Shown here: piece after piece, positions 10,195 through 19,407 of the stretch | Numbering within the stretch: position 1 is the first letter of the stretch | Layout of the letters: every line of letters starts with the position of its first letter | From: a virus | Taxonomy: Duplodnaviria; Caudoviricetes | Virus record (IMG/VR): IMGVR_UViG_3300049137_000055 | Span: 1 to 54,331 of that record | DNA length: 54,331 nucleotides | Reading direction: 5' to 3' (one strand) | The notes under the pieces: generated by a model | Told to the model about the DNA's origin: nothing | The model's input: only the letters and a program-made list of their open reading frames with translations | Databases searched by the model: none | Made by a program: the position numbers and the translations under genes

Positions 10195-10551
10195 ATGTCT
10201 GAAAAACAAAAACTGAACCTGAACCGTCCTGTTTCCGCCCATGGTGCGGAGGTCGATTGTCTGGAGTTGCGCGAGCCGCACGGCGGCGACATTGCCAGCG
10301 TCGGCTTCCCGCTTCGCTACAAGATCGAGTCGGACGAAACCGTCACCATCGACTTCAAGGCTCGGGAAATGTCCGCCATGATTTCGCGTCTGGCGGACGT
10401 TCCCTTGTCCACGGTCCAGCGCTTGCCGGCGTCCGACTGGCAGGCGGCGGCGTGGATGGTCGCCGGTTTTTTGACGCCTTCGGAGTCGCAGATGACGGGG
10501 ACGCCGGGGGCGACGAAGACGACCGGCCAAGCGTCATCGGCGAGCGAATAA
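10195..10551 (+). CDS. Tail assembly chaperone (Mu gp41/P2 gpE-like); -1 frameshift product extends to 10706
   Basis: LELREP.GGD motif; T TTT TTG slippery heptamer at 10467-10473; open -1 frame to 10706. Confidence 0.85.
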   Translation: MSEKQKLNLNRPVSAHGAEVDCLELREPHGGDIASVGFPLRYKIESDETVTIDFKAREMSAMISRLADVPLSTVQRLPASDWQAAAWMVAGFLTPSESQMTGTPGATKTTGQASSASE

Positions 10552-10698
10552 TAGACGGTTGCTTTGACCTAGCGAAGATTTACGAACAAGACCCGGACGT
10601 CTTCCTGGCAAAGCCCGTTAGTCGATTGGCGCTGATGTTTGACCGAACGTCGGCGCTGATGGACCGGATTGAAAAAGCGCAGAAGGAAGCGGCGAACA

Positions 10699-12390
10699 AT
10701 GGCTGACCAACAGCTTCGACTTATTGCAACAGTCATTGACCGGGCATCCGGTCCGCTTCGCTCCATTGCTGGCCGGATTCGCGCCATTGCCGCGACGAAC
10801 CATGGCCAGCGCATCGCCAACAGCTTCCGCGCTGCAACAGCCGCCGCCGCCGCTTTCGGCGGCGTTCTGTCTGGCGCGGTCGTTGGCGGACTCGGCCTTC
10901 TCGGGATCGGGGCCATATCGGCGGGCGCGGCGCTTGCCGGGTTGCTGAGTCTCATGTCGCAATCGCGCGACCGCCTGGACGCGCTGGACGAACAGGCGCA
11001 ACAGACCGGCTTCAGCCTTCAGCAATTGCGCGAATTGCAATTCATTTCCACGCGCGGCGGCATCGGATGGGAAACCATGTCGGCGGGCTTGTTGCAAATG
11101 TCCAAGCGCGTCGGCGAACTAAAGTCCGGAACGGGCGCGTTTGGGAAGCAACTGGCGAAGACCTATCCCGCGCTTTACAAGCAACTGAAGGCGTCGAAGT
11201 CGAACACGCAAGCCTTCAGCATCTTGCACAAGGCCATGTCCAAGATTGAGGACCCGGCGAAGCGCATTGCCTTTGCCATGAAAATGTTCGGCAAGCCCGG
11301 CGCTGAAATCGCCAAGATGGGCATGTCCACGCAAGACTTCCTGAAACAGATGCAGCGCGCGCGCCACTTCAAGGGCATCCTTCCGGAAGACGCGGGCGAA
11401 CGGATGGGCGCGGCGAACGACGCCATTGATGACCTGAAGGACGCCTTTGAAGGGCTGACGGATCTTATCAGCTATGAGACAGCGCCGGCCTTCACCGACA
11501 CCGTCAACGCCATCGCCGAATTCGTCGCCGTCAACCGGCAAGCCATCGCTACCGGGTTCAAGGAATTCCTGATCGGCGTCAAAGACGCGGTCAAGAACAT
11601 CGACTGGTCCGGCATCGTGGAAGGCTTCCGGTCCTTCGGCGAAACCGTGTCCACCGCGTCGGGATACCTTGGCGGCTTCAAGGGCGTCATGATCGCGCTG
11701 ACCGCTATCGCGCTTGCGCCTTATGCCGTGGCGTTGCTCCAGCTCGGGGCGGCCATCACGCAACTGAATTGGGCGCTGGCCGGCGGCGCGGTCGCGGGCG
11801 CGCTGAATGCCTTGCGCGCCGCGCTGGTTGGCCTTGGCGCGCTGGCCATGGCGAACCCGGTCACGGCGCTGGTTGTCGGCGTGGGAGTCGCCGCCGGGCT
11901 GCTGATTACGCATTCGGACGCCATCGGCGCGGCGCTGGACGCCTTCGGCGAAAGATGGCGCGCCTTTTGGGGGCCGCTGGCCGGCTGGTTCAAGGCGACC
12001 TTCGTTGACCCGGTCGCGAGCGCGCTGGACTGGATCGCGGCCAAGATCAGCGGCTTTACCCAATCGCTTCCTGGCATCGGGGCGGCGACGTCGAGCGCAA
12101 TCGATTCCGCACAGCGCCGCGCGCAAGAACATGGACCCGTTGGCGTTGGTCGCGGAATGCCGGGCAAGTCCGGCCACACGCCGGAAACGCTTGGCAAGCA
12201 ATCGTCCTTGATTGAGCGGTCAACCCGGTCCGGCGCGGCGGCGAACCGGCTGGCCATGTCCGGAAGCGCGGACGTGAACATCAATGTCCGGTCGTCGGAC
12301 GGCTTGCGCGTGGCCGGGACGGAAACACGGTCGGCAGGACTTATCAACCGCGTGAATCTCAATCGCGGACCATCCATGGCAACGGGTTAA
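10699..12390 (+). CDS. Tape measure protein
   Basis: Ala/Gly-rich helical protein with hydrophobic stretches after chaperone; IDRASGPLR N-terminus. Confidence 0.88.
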   Translation: MADQQLRLIATVIDRASGPLRSIAGRIRAIAATNHGQRIANSFRAATAAAAAFGGVLSGAVVGGLGLLGIGAISAGAALAGLLSLMSQSRDRLDALDEQAQQTGFSLQQLRELQFISTRGGIGWETMSAGLLQMSKRVGELKSGTGAFGKQLAKTYPALYKQLKASKSNTQAFSILHKAMSKIEDPAKRIAFAMKMFGKPGAEIAKMGMSTQDFLKQMQRARHFKGILPEDAGERMGAANDAIDDLKDAFEGLTDLISYETAPAFTDTVNAIAEFVAVNRQAIATGFKEFLIGVKDAVKNIDWSGIVEGFRSFGETVSTASGYLGGFKGVMIALTAIALAPYAVALLQLGAAITQLNWALAGGAVAGALNALRAALVGLGALAMANPVTALVVGVGVAAGLLITHSDAIGAALDAFGERWRAFWGPLAGWFKATFVDPVASALDWIAAKISGFTQSLPGIGAATSSAIDSAQRRAQEHGPVGVGRGMPGKSGHTPETLGKQSSLIERSTRSGAAANRLAMSGSADVNINVRSSDGLRVAGTETRSAGLINRVNLNRGPSMATG

Positions 12391-12393
12391 AAC

Positions 12394-12927
12394 ATGAGCT
12401 GGAAAGACAGGCTTCTCCCCGCATCTTTTCGCGGGGTTCCATTCCACTACGAAACAGTTGGCGAAGGGGGCGGGCGACGGAACGTCCCCTTTCCCTATCC
12501 GAAGAAGGATGAAGGGTTCGTTGAAGACATGGGCCGGAAGATTAAACCCTTCTCGGTTGAAGGCTACGTCATCGGCGAAAACTACGTCATGCAGAAGGAA
12601 ATGCTGAAGGCGGCGCTGGACGCGCCCGGTTCGGGTCTTCTGACGCTTCCCTTCAGCCGTCCGATGCGCGTCATTTGCGATAGCTTCGACGTCCAGGAAC
12701 AGCGCGCGGAAGGCGGCTTCGCGTCGTTCACGATGACCTTCCTGGAAGCCGGTCGCCCGGCCTTCGCGGCTCCGGCGTCGTCATCGTCATCCGCCGTGAC
12801 AGGCGCGTCCAAGAACGCATCCACGGCGACCAAGTCAGCGGTCACGTCAAAGCTTGTTAAGGGCGGGCGCGTTGCCAAACCTAGCGCGTCAGTGTCGGCG
12901 TCTTCATCGTCGGATTATTGGGGGTAA
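12394..12927 (+). CDS. DNA circularisation protein N-terminal domain (Mu gpN-like)
   Basis: WKDRLLPASFRGVPF, GRR...YP..D...EDMG. Confidence 0.9.
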   Translation: MSWKDRLLPASFRGVPFHYETVGEGGGRRNVPFPYPKKDEGFVEDMGRKIKPFSVEGYVIGENYVMQKEMLKAALDAPGSGLLTLPFSRPMRVICDSFDVQEQRAEGGFASFTMTFLEAGRPAFAAPASSSSSAVTGASKNASTATKSAVTSKLVKGGRVAKPSASVSASSSSDYWG

Positions 12928-12930
12928 CAC

Positions 12931-13602
12931 ATGGCCGGTCTGTTCGCCGTGGACGAAGCAACGGAGCTCTTAAAGCGCTTCGTCCTGTTCTTCAACAGCC
13001 AAACGACCGCCAGCGGTCAGGACGCCGCCCGGCTCCGGCGCGTGACCGGCGACCTTCACGCGCGGGCGGAAGCGACCATCCGGTCCGCAAATTTGGCCGC
13101 TGACCTGGAAGAGTTGTTCGGCGCGGCGCTGGACAGCGGCGTCCCGCTGGAGGGCTTCCAGGCGCTCCGCAAGCAAGCGGCGGCGGCATCCTACACGGCA
13201 GAGGAGGGCGAAGCGGTCGCGGTCGGCGTGGTCCGGTTCTGTCTGATCGCGGAAGCGCAGATCGTCCAGGCGATGGACTTCCGGTCGCGGGACGACGTCC
13301 AGGCGATGATGAAGACCGTCAACGAAGCCTTTGATCCGGCCATGGACTTCGCGGCGGACAACCAAGAACCGGAGGTCTTCCAGGCGTTGAAGGCGCTTCA
13401 CGCCGCCGTCATCCGTGACCTGATCGAACGCGGGCGGAAGCTGTCGCAGATTGTCCCTTATCAGTTCGGGAAGCGGCTTCCGTCGCTCTACCTGTCGCAA
13501 CGGCTTTACGGCGACGCCGGGCGCGCGGATGAACTGAAGGACGAAAACAAGGCCGTCCATCCGGCGTTCATGCCGGGCAATGGAAGGGCGCTGGCGCAAT
13601 GA
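12931..13602 (+). CDS. DNA circularisation protein C-terminal part (separate ORF)
   Basis: PSLYLSQRLYGDAGRADEL...HPAFMP C-terminal motif. Confidence 0.8.
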   Translation: MAGLFAVDEATELLKRFVLFFNSQTTASGQDAARLRRVTGDLHARAEATIRSANLAADLEELFGAALDSGVPLEGFQALRKQAAAASYTAEEGEAVAVGVVRFCLIAEAQIVQAMDFRSRDDVQAMMKTVNEAFDPAMDFAADNQEPEVFQALKALHAAVIRDLIERGRKLSQIVPYQFGKRLPSLYLSQRLYGDAGRADELKDENKAVHPAFMPGNGRALAQ

Positions 13603-14858
13603 GCGACGTTGAATTCCCGAAGCCCGAATGCAAGGTCACGGTCAACGGCGTTGACTATACCGGCTGGACCGAAGTCGAAATTGAAGCGTCCATGACCGAA
13701 GCGGCGCGAACCTTCCGGCTCCAGGTTTCCGAAGAAGGCACGGAAGCCGGGTTCATGTCATGGCAGATCCGACCGGATGATGAAGCCACGATTGACCTGG
13801 ACGGACAGCGCGCGGTCACTGGCTACATTGACGCACGGCAGGCGGCGTACTCCGGCGACACGCACACGATTCAAATATCCGGGCGGTCGAAGACGGCGGA
13901 CATCATAGATTCGAGCGTGGACGAAGAGGGCGGACAATTTAATGACTACAAGCTGGAAGCCATCGCGCAACGGCTGGCGAAAAAGCATAAGGTCAAAACC
14001 AAAACCGGAAAGGAAGAAACCAAAGAGCCGTTTAAAGACGTGCAAGTCCAGCCGGGCGAAACCGTCCATGAACTGGTCGAACGGTTGGCCAGACTCCGGG
14101 GCAAGACCGTAACGGACGACAAGGACGGGAACCTGGTCATTGACGAAGCCGACCTGGACAAAGAGGCGGAATGTCATCTGATCGAAGGTGTTAACATCCT
14201 GGAAGCCGCCGCGACGCTCCGGTCCGACAAGAAGTTCAAAAAGGTTAAGGTCAAGGGGCAGCGCCAAGGCTCCGATGAAGAGGATGACGAAGACGTCAGC
14301 GAAGTCGAGGCGGAAACGGAAGACGAAGACGCGACCCGCGAACGGACCCTGGTCCTGTTGGCAGAAGAACCCATCACCAAGGAAGACGCGAAGACCCGCA
14401 CGGACCAAGAGGTCGCGCGCCGCGCCGCTGAAGGCATTGAAGCGGAAGTCACGGTTTGGGGCTGGCATATGTTTCCGGGCAAGCTTTGGGAGCCTGGCGC
14501 AATGGTCCACCTGACGTCGCCGATGTTGCTTGTTGACCGGAAAATGATCGTCAAATCGCTGTCCTGGAAACAAAGCGACAGCGCCGGGACGATTACGGTT
14601 TTGAAGCTGACGCCGCCGGAAGCGCTGACGACCAAGTCCAAAAAGGGCAAGGGCGACAAGGCCAGCAAAGAGAACGCCGAACTGTCCACGGACGGCGACG
14701 ACTACTGGAAAGAACCCGGCAGCAAGTCCGCCGAAAAGTCTTCCGCTGGAGCTGGCGCGAAGAAGAAGGCAACCACGCCGGCCAAGGGCGGGAAGGGCGG
14801 TCAAACGTTCAGTCCCGACGACTATTGGTCCAACCCGAAACCGAAGGCCGCGAAATGA
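13599..14858 (+). CDS. Baseplate hub (Mu gp44/gpP-like)
   Basis: YTGW..V.I, TGYID, GRSKTADIIDSS, QPGETVHE, LIEGVNI. Confidence 0.9.
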   Translation: MSDVEFPKPECKVTVNGVDYTGWTEVEIEASMTEAARTFRLQVSEEGTEAGFMSWQIRPDDEATIDLDGQRAVTGYIDARQAAYSGDTHTIQISGRSKTADIIDSSVDEEGGQFNDYKLEAIAQRLAKKHKVKTKTGKEETKEPFKDVQVQPGETVHELVERLARLRGKTVTDDKDGNLVIDEADLDKEAECHLIEGVNILEAAATLRSDKKFKKVKVKGQRQGSDEEDDEDVSEVEAETEDEDATRERTLVLLAEEPITKEDAKTRTDQEVARRAAEGIEAEVTVWGWHMFPGKLWEPGAMVHLTSPMLLVDRKMIVKSLSWKQSDSAGTITVLKLTPPEALTTKSKKGKGDKASKENAELSTDGDDYWKEPGSKSAEKSSAGAGAKKKATTPAKGGKGGQTFSPDDYWSNPKPKAAK

Positions 14859-15400
14859 GAACAAGCACGACAGACGCCGCGCGCCGCGCCTATAGCAACA
14901 TGGCGCGCGGAACCATCACCAACAGCGGCAGCGGGTCCGGCGTCCAAACGCTGGACCTTCGTCTGTTGAAGGGCGAAACGAAGTCCGGCGTTGAAGACTT
15001 CGCCGAACCCTATGGCTTCACGTCCAACCCGCATCCAGGCGCGGCGGTCATGGTCGGCTTCCTTGGCGGCAACCGCAGCCACGCGGCGGTCATCGGAAAG
15101 AAGGACCGGCGTTACAGGCCGAAGGGTTTGGCGGTCGGAGAGTCGGCGCTTTACGACGACCAAAAGCAAACGGTCAAAATCGGCCGCGACCGGATCGAAG
15201 TTCATTCGCCGGACAAGGAAGTCTTACTAAAACGCGGCGAAGACGTGACGGTCTTGGTTGCTGACGGGAAGGTCGTTGTTGACGTTCAGGGGACGAAAAT
15301 CTTCGTTAAGCCCGGACGGATTGACTTATATCAGGAAGATGCACCTTTAAGGATGATGACCGAAGGCGGTCCTTCGTCTAAGATTTGGGGCGTTTTGTAA
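14855..15400 (+). CDS. Baseplate spike (Mu gp45/gpV-like)
   Basis: EPYGFTSNP, GGNRSH, DRRYRP.GL..GESALYD. Confidence 0.9.
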   Translation: MRTSTTDAARRAYSNMARGTITNSGSGSGVQTLDLRLLKGETKSGVEDFAEPYGFTSNPHPGAAVMVGFLGGNRSHAAVIGKKDRRYRPKGLAVGESALYDDQKQTVKIGRDRIEVHSPDKEVLLKRGEDVTVLVADGKVVVDVQGTKIFVKPGRIDLYQEDAPLRMMTEGGPSSKIWGVL

Positions 15401-15409
15401 GGGTTCGAC

Positions 15410-15889
15410 ATGGCGGACATTAGAACAGCATCAGTCGCGACCCTGGAAGCCGTCACGCTGGACTGGCTTCTGGCACCATCCGGAGCGCTGGACGACACGG
15501 AAGAACTGGCGACCGCTGTCCGGATCGCGCTTGGAACGGACGCGCTGGCGGACCCGGACGAAGAACTTCCCGGCTTTGATGACGACCGGAAGGGCTGGTG
15601 GGCTGACCTGGACGCCGGACAGATTTGGGACGGCTGGCCTATAGGGTCGAAGATTTGGCTTTATCGTCGCTCAAAGATCGTTGGGCAGACGTTGGCGAAG
15701 CTTGAAGGAGCAATCCGCGACGCTCTACAGCCAATGATTGATCGCGCTATCTTCAGCCGCGTTGACGTTTCGCTGGAGCGGGACACAGCGGACGCCAACC
15801 GCGTCGCCGGGACTGTCATCATCTATCGCGGACCGCGTCCGGTCATTGCGCTTCGTTATGCGTCCCTATGGGCAGAGGTTGAAGGGTAA
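15410..15889 (+). CDS. Baseplate protein (Mu gp46-like)
   Basis: LATAV.IAL.TD, RKGWWAD, IGSKIWL..RSK. Confidence 0.9.
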   Translation: MADIRTASVATLEAVTLDWLLAPSGALDDTEELATAVRIALGTDALADPDEELPGFDDDRKGWWADLDAGQIWDGWPIGSKIWLYRRSKIVGQTLAKLEGAIRDALQPMIDRAIFSRVDVSLERDTADANRVAGTVIIYRGPRPVIALRYASLWAEVEG

Positions 15890-15892
15890 AAC

Positions 15893-16954
15893 ATGGCATT
15901 CCCCATTCCGACAATTGGCGACGTCCGGCGCATGGTCCGCGACCATATCGCGGCGTATTTGCCGGGCGCGGACGCATCCGTCCCGAATTCAAATCTTCGC
16001 GTCATGGCGGAAGCGGACGCCGGGCTGGCGCATCTGGTCCTGCAATACCTTCAGAACCTGTCGGACCAACTCTTGCCGGACACGGCGACCGGCGAATGGC
16101 TGGAGCGACACGCCAATATCTGGAAGCTGGAAGGCCGCAAGGCCGCGACCTTCGCGGGCGGCGTCGTGTTCATGACCGGGACGGAAGGAAGCGTTGTCCC
16201 GGCGGGCGCGGTCCTGTCCGGCGGCGGCGGCTTGGAATACGAGGTCACGGCGGAAACGGTCTTAGGCGTCGCGGCGACGAATGTTCCAGCCCGCGCGCTG
16301 ACGGCGGGCCTTGGCGGCAACCGGCCAGCCGGGTCGGTCCTGGCGCTGACGGAGGCGATTCCCGGCGTCAACGGACGCGCCGTGGTCGATACCATGACCG
16401 GCGGCGTGAACGAAGAAACGGACGAAGAGCTCCGCGCCCGCGTCCTGGAACGCATCAAAGCGCCACCGCATGGCGGCGACGCGGACGATTGGGTTATGTG
16501 GGCGAAAGAGGTTCCGGGCGTAACGCGGGCGTGGTCGTTCGGGAACGAAATGGGCGTCGGAACCATGGTCGTCCGGGTCATGGCGGACAACGATCCGGAC
16601 GCCATGGAAGGGTTCCCGACGCCTGCCCTTTTGCAAGCGGTCCGCGCGCACCTGGACACGGTCCGTCCGACGACTGTGAAAGACTTTTGGGTGGAGGCTC
16701 CGATACCGGAACCGATCAACCTGACGATTTCCAACCTTGTGAACGACAACCAAGCGACACGGAACGCCATCACGGCGGCATTGCGGGACATGCTGGCGCG
16801 CCGGGCGTCGCCGGGACAAACCATCTATCGGTCATGGGTCCAGGCGGCGGTTGATAGCGCAACCGGCGAGGATCACCACGACATGACCTTCGTCAACCAT
16901 GTCATGCCGTCCGCCGGCCACATGGCGGTCCTTGGAACGATTAGCTATGTCTGA
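15893..16954 (+). CDS. Baseplate J-like protein (Mu gp47)
   Basis: LPDTATGEWLERHA, ETDEELRAR, PPHGG...DW..WA.EVPGVTRAW. Confidence 0.93.
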   Translation: MAFPIPTIGDVRRMVRDHIAAYLPGADASVPNSNLRVMAEADAGLAHLVLQYLQNLSDQLLPDTATGEWLERHANIWKLEGRKAATFAGGVVFMTGTEGSVVPAGAVLSGGGGLEYEVTAETVLGVAATNVPARALTAGLGGNRPAGSVLALTEAIPGVNGRAVVDTMTGGVNEETDEELRARVLERIKAPPHGGDADDWVMWAKEVPGVTRAWSFGNEMGVGTMVVRVMADNDPDAMEGFPTPALLQAVRAHLDTVRPTTVKDFWVEAPIPEPINLTISNLVNDNQATRNAITAALRDMLARRASPGQTIYRSWVQAAVDSATGEDHHDMTFVNHVMPSAGHMAVLGTISYV

Positions 16955-17621
16955 CGCCGCTGACCGCTTCATCCGTCGCGCGGGCGACGACTACGCCGAC
17001 GCCTTGGCGGCGCTGTTGCCAGAAGGATCAGCATGGCCGCGCGAACCGGACGCGACGCTGATGAAGACCGTTCGCGGTCTGGCGGAAATCTTCGGCTATG
17101 TGGACGGGCGCTTCATGGACTTGCTGGAGCGCGAGGCCGACCCGCGCTTCACCATCGAAATGCTGGCCGATTGGGAGCGCGCCGCCGGTCTTCCTGACCC
17201 TTGTATCGCGGAACCGCTGACCATCCCGGACCGCCAAAGGGCGCTTGTCGAACGCTTGACGGCGCTTGGCCGTCAGGACCGGGACTACTTTATCGGCATC
17301 GCTGCCGCCATTGGCTATTCAGTCCGCATCACGGAATATTCGCCATTCATGGTCGGCGTTTCAAACGTCGGCGACACCCGTCCAACTGGCGCGGACGGCG
17401 AACAATACCGCTGGCAAATCGGACCGCCGGAAATTCGCTATTACTGGACGGTCCACATCACAGGCGTCCGGCTGTCCTGGTTCCGCGCGGGCGGCGGACA
17501 GGCGGGCGTTGATCCTCATTTGAGGATCGGAATCGCGACGGACCTGGAATGTCTCTTCCGTCGCTTCAAGCCCGCTCACACGGAAGTCATTTTTGATTAC
17601 TCGGAGGCGCTATCCCCATGA
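16947..17621 (+). CDS. Baseplate wedge protein (YmfQ/Mu gp48, DUF2313)
   Basis: LLPEG.AW, EADPR.T.EML.DWER..GLPD.C, LEC...KPAHT. Confidence 0.9.
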   Translation: MSDAADRFIRRAGDDYADALAALLPEGSAWPREPDATLMKTVRGLAEIFGYVDGRFMDLLEREADPRFTIEMLADWERAAGLPDPCIAEPLTIPDRQRALVERLTALGRQDRDYFIGIAAAIGYSVRITEYSPFMVGVSNVGDTRPTGADGEQYRWQIGPPEIRYYWTVHITGVRLSWFRAGGGQAGVDPHLRIGIATDLECLFRRFKPAHTEVIFDYSEALSP

Positions 17622-18487
17622 AGTATACCCAACCGCACGACAAGCCCGGCGACCCTAACGCGCCGTATGTGAACGGCAACCCGGCAACCGGGACGCCGGG
17701 TTCCATCCCGCCAGCGGCGGCATTCGAAGAGCATCAGCGCGAGCTGGTCCACCTGATCGAATATTCGGGCCAGACACCGTCGCCCGCTGACTTGCAACAG
17801 GTCCGCAAGGCGATTCAAAGCATCATTGGCGACACTCAAGCAAAAGGCTCACTGATCGCCCGGCGGGTTTGGGCTACGCCGGGAACGGTTATTTACGCCG
17901 CGACAGCCGGGACAAAGCGGATTCGCGTGACGGTTATCGGCGCGGGCGGCGCGGGCGGCGGCACGACCGCGCAAGGCGGCAGCACGTTTGCGGCGGCGGG
18001 CGGCGGCGGCGGCGGCGGCGTCGGCGTGTCGGACATTAGCGCCGCGTTCGACGGCGCGGCCATTGTCGTTGGGGCCGCAGGCGTCGGCGTGGCGGGGGCC
18101 AACGGCGGCAACGGCGGAACGTCTTCGTTCGGGGCCGTGCTCTCAGCGACAGGCGGGCAGGGTGGCGCGGTAGGTAGCGGGTCCAGCACCGCGCACACGC
18201 AGCACGGCGGAACGGGCGGCGCGTCATCGGGCGGCAACGTGTCGAACAGCTCTGGCGGGAATGGTTCTCCGGCGGTCGCTTTCGCCGATAGTAACTTCGT
18301 GACCGGCGCGGGCGGGAATACGCAGATGGGCGCGGGCGCGGGCGGTCGCGTAAGCAACACCGGACCGGGCTTTTCGCCTGTGACGCCGGGCGGCGGCGGA
18401 AGTGGCGCGGGTACGCGAGTGAACGGCGCGGCGCAAGTTGGCGGCAATGGCGCGCATGGAATGGTCATCGTTGAGGAGTACGCATAG
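17618..18487 (+). CDS. Tail fibre protein with glycine-rich domain
   Basis: GNPATGTPG...QREL..I...G..P baseplate-binding N-terminus; Gly-rich domain ending GMVIVEEY. Confidence 0.8.
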   Translation: MKYTQPHDKPGDPNAPYVNGNPATGTPGSIPPAAAFEEHQRELVHLIEYSGQTPSPADLQQVRKAIQSIIGDTQAKGSLIARRVWATPGTVIYAATAGTKRIRVTVIGAGGAGGGTTAQGGSTFAAAGGGGGGGVGVSDISAAFDGAAIVVGAAGVGVAGANGGNGGTSSFGAVLSATGGQGGAVGSGSSTAHTQHGGTGGASSGGNVSNSSGGNGSPAVAFADSNFVTGAGGNTQMGAGAGGRVSNTGPGFSPVTPGGGGSGAGTRVNGAAQVGGNGAHGMVIVEEYA

Positions 18488-19050
18488 TGAAATTCGCACG
18501 AATTCAAGGCGACATCGTCGCCGAAGTCATCGAACTTCCTGACGACGTCACGCCGGACCTGGCGTTCCATCCGGACATTGCCGCGACACTGGTCCAGTGT
18601 TCCGACAAGGTCGCGCCTGGCTGGCGCTATGCGGGCGGGAAGTTCTCCGCGCCGCAAGCCGAAGACGCGGAGTCGCTGGAGCAAGCCAAGACCCGTCTGT
18701 CAATCGAGGTTGACGCCGGAGCTGAAGCGGCGCGCCTGCTGTTCGTCACGCCGGGCGCGGGACAGGCGGCGGTCTACCGGGCCAAGGCGGACGAAGCCCG
18801 GACCTTCCTGACCACGTCCGACCCGTCGCCGGAGGGCTTCCCGCTTCTGGCCGCATCTGTCGGCGTCGAAGGCGACACGCTGGCGTCCGTCGCCGGACTT
18901 GTGAACGCGCGCGAAGCGGACTGGCTGAAGATCGCCGCGACCATCGAACGCGAACGCCTTGGCGCAAAGCGCGCCATCCGGACCGCGACCACCATCGAAC
19001 AAGCCACAGCCGCGCGCGACGCCGTGACGTGGCCAACACCTGACGCATAA
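18487..19050 (+). CDS. Tail fibre assembly-associated protein
   Basis: FHPD...V.PGW.Y.GG.F.AP N-terminus; follows fibre gene. Confidence 0.6.
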   Translation: MKFARIQGDIVAEVIELPDDVTPDLAFHPDIAATLVQCSDKVAPGWRYAGGKFSAPQAEDAESLEQAKTRLSIEVDAGAEAARLLFVTPGAGQAAVYRAKADEARTFLTTSDPSPEGFPLLAASVGVEGDTLASVAGLVNAREADWLKIAATIERERLGAKRAIRTATTIEQATAARDAVTWPTPDA

Positions 19051-19059
19051 GGGGGCGCT

Positions 19060-19407
19060 ATGCCTGCAATCGTGACAATCAATGCGCGTAAGAATGCGGA
19101 CTGGAATAAGGGCTTCCAGTACCGCGTCGGCGGAGCTCCGCAACCGCTGGACGGTCGGCTGGCGCTCATGGTCCGCGCGCGGGCATCGGACCCGGAGGCC
19201 GTTCTGTCGCTGTCGTCCGACAGCGGCGGCGGCATCACCATTACGGACGCCGCCGCCGGGCGCTTCGCGGTTCGCTTCGACCGCGACAACTTCCGGCGGA
19301 TGGCGGCGGGGGCATACGTTCAAGACCTGATCTATACCCGCGCGGACGGCGAAGATATTCCGATTTGGGAAGGCGCTTTGAACCTGACTGAAGGCGTAAC
19401 GCGATGA
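19060..19407 (+). CDS. Fibre adaptor (BppU-like beta-sandwich)
   Basis: [21 protein letters not shown]....GVTR; ATGA-coupled to collagen fibre. Confidence 0.65.
   Translation: MPAIVTINARKNADWNKGFQYRVGGAPQPLDGRLALMVRARASDPEAVLSLSSDSGGGITITDAAAGRFAVRFDRDNFRRMAAGAYVQDLIYTRADGEDIPIWEGALNLTEGVTR

Noticed and set aside
10505-10513. G-run (CCG GGG GCG) as alternative frameshift site
   Set aside because: Not a canonical X XXY YYZ heptamer; T TTT TTG upstream already gives the needed -1 frame
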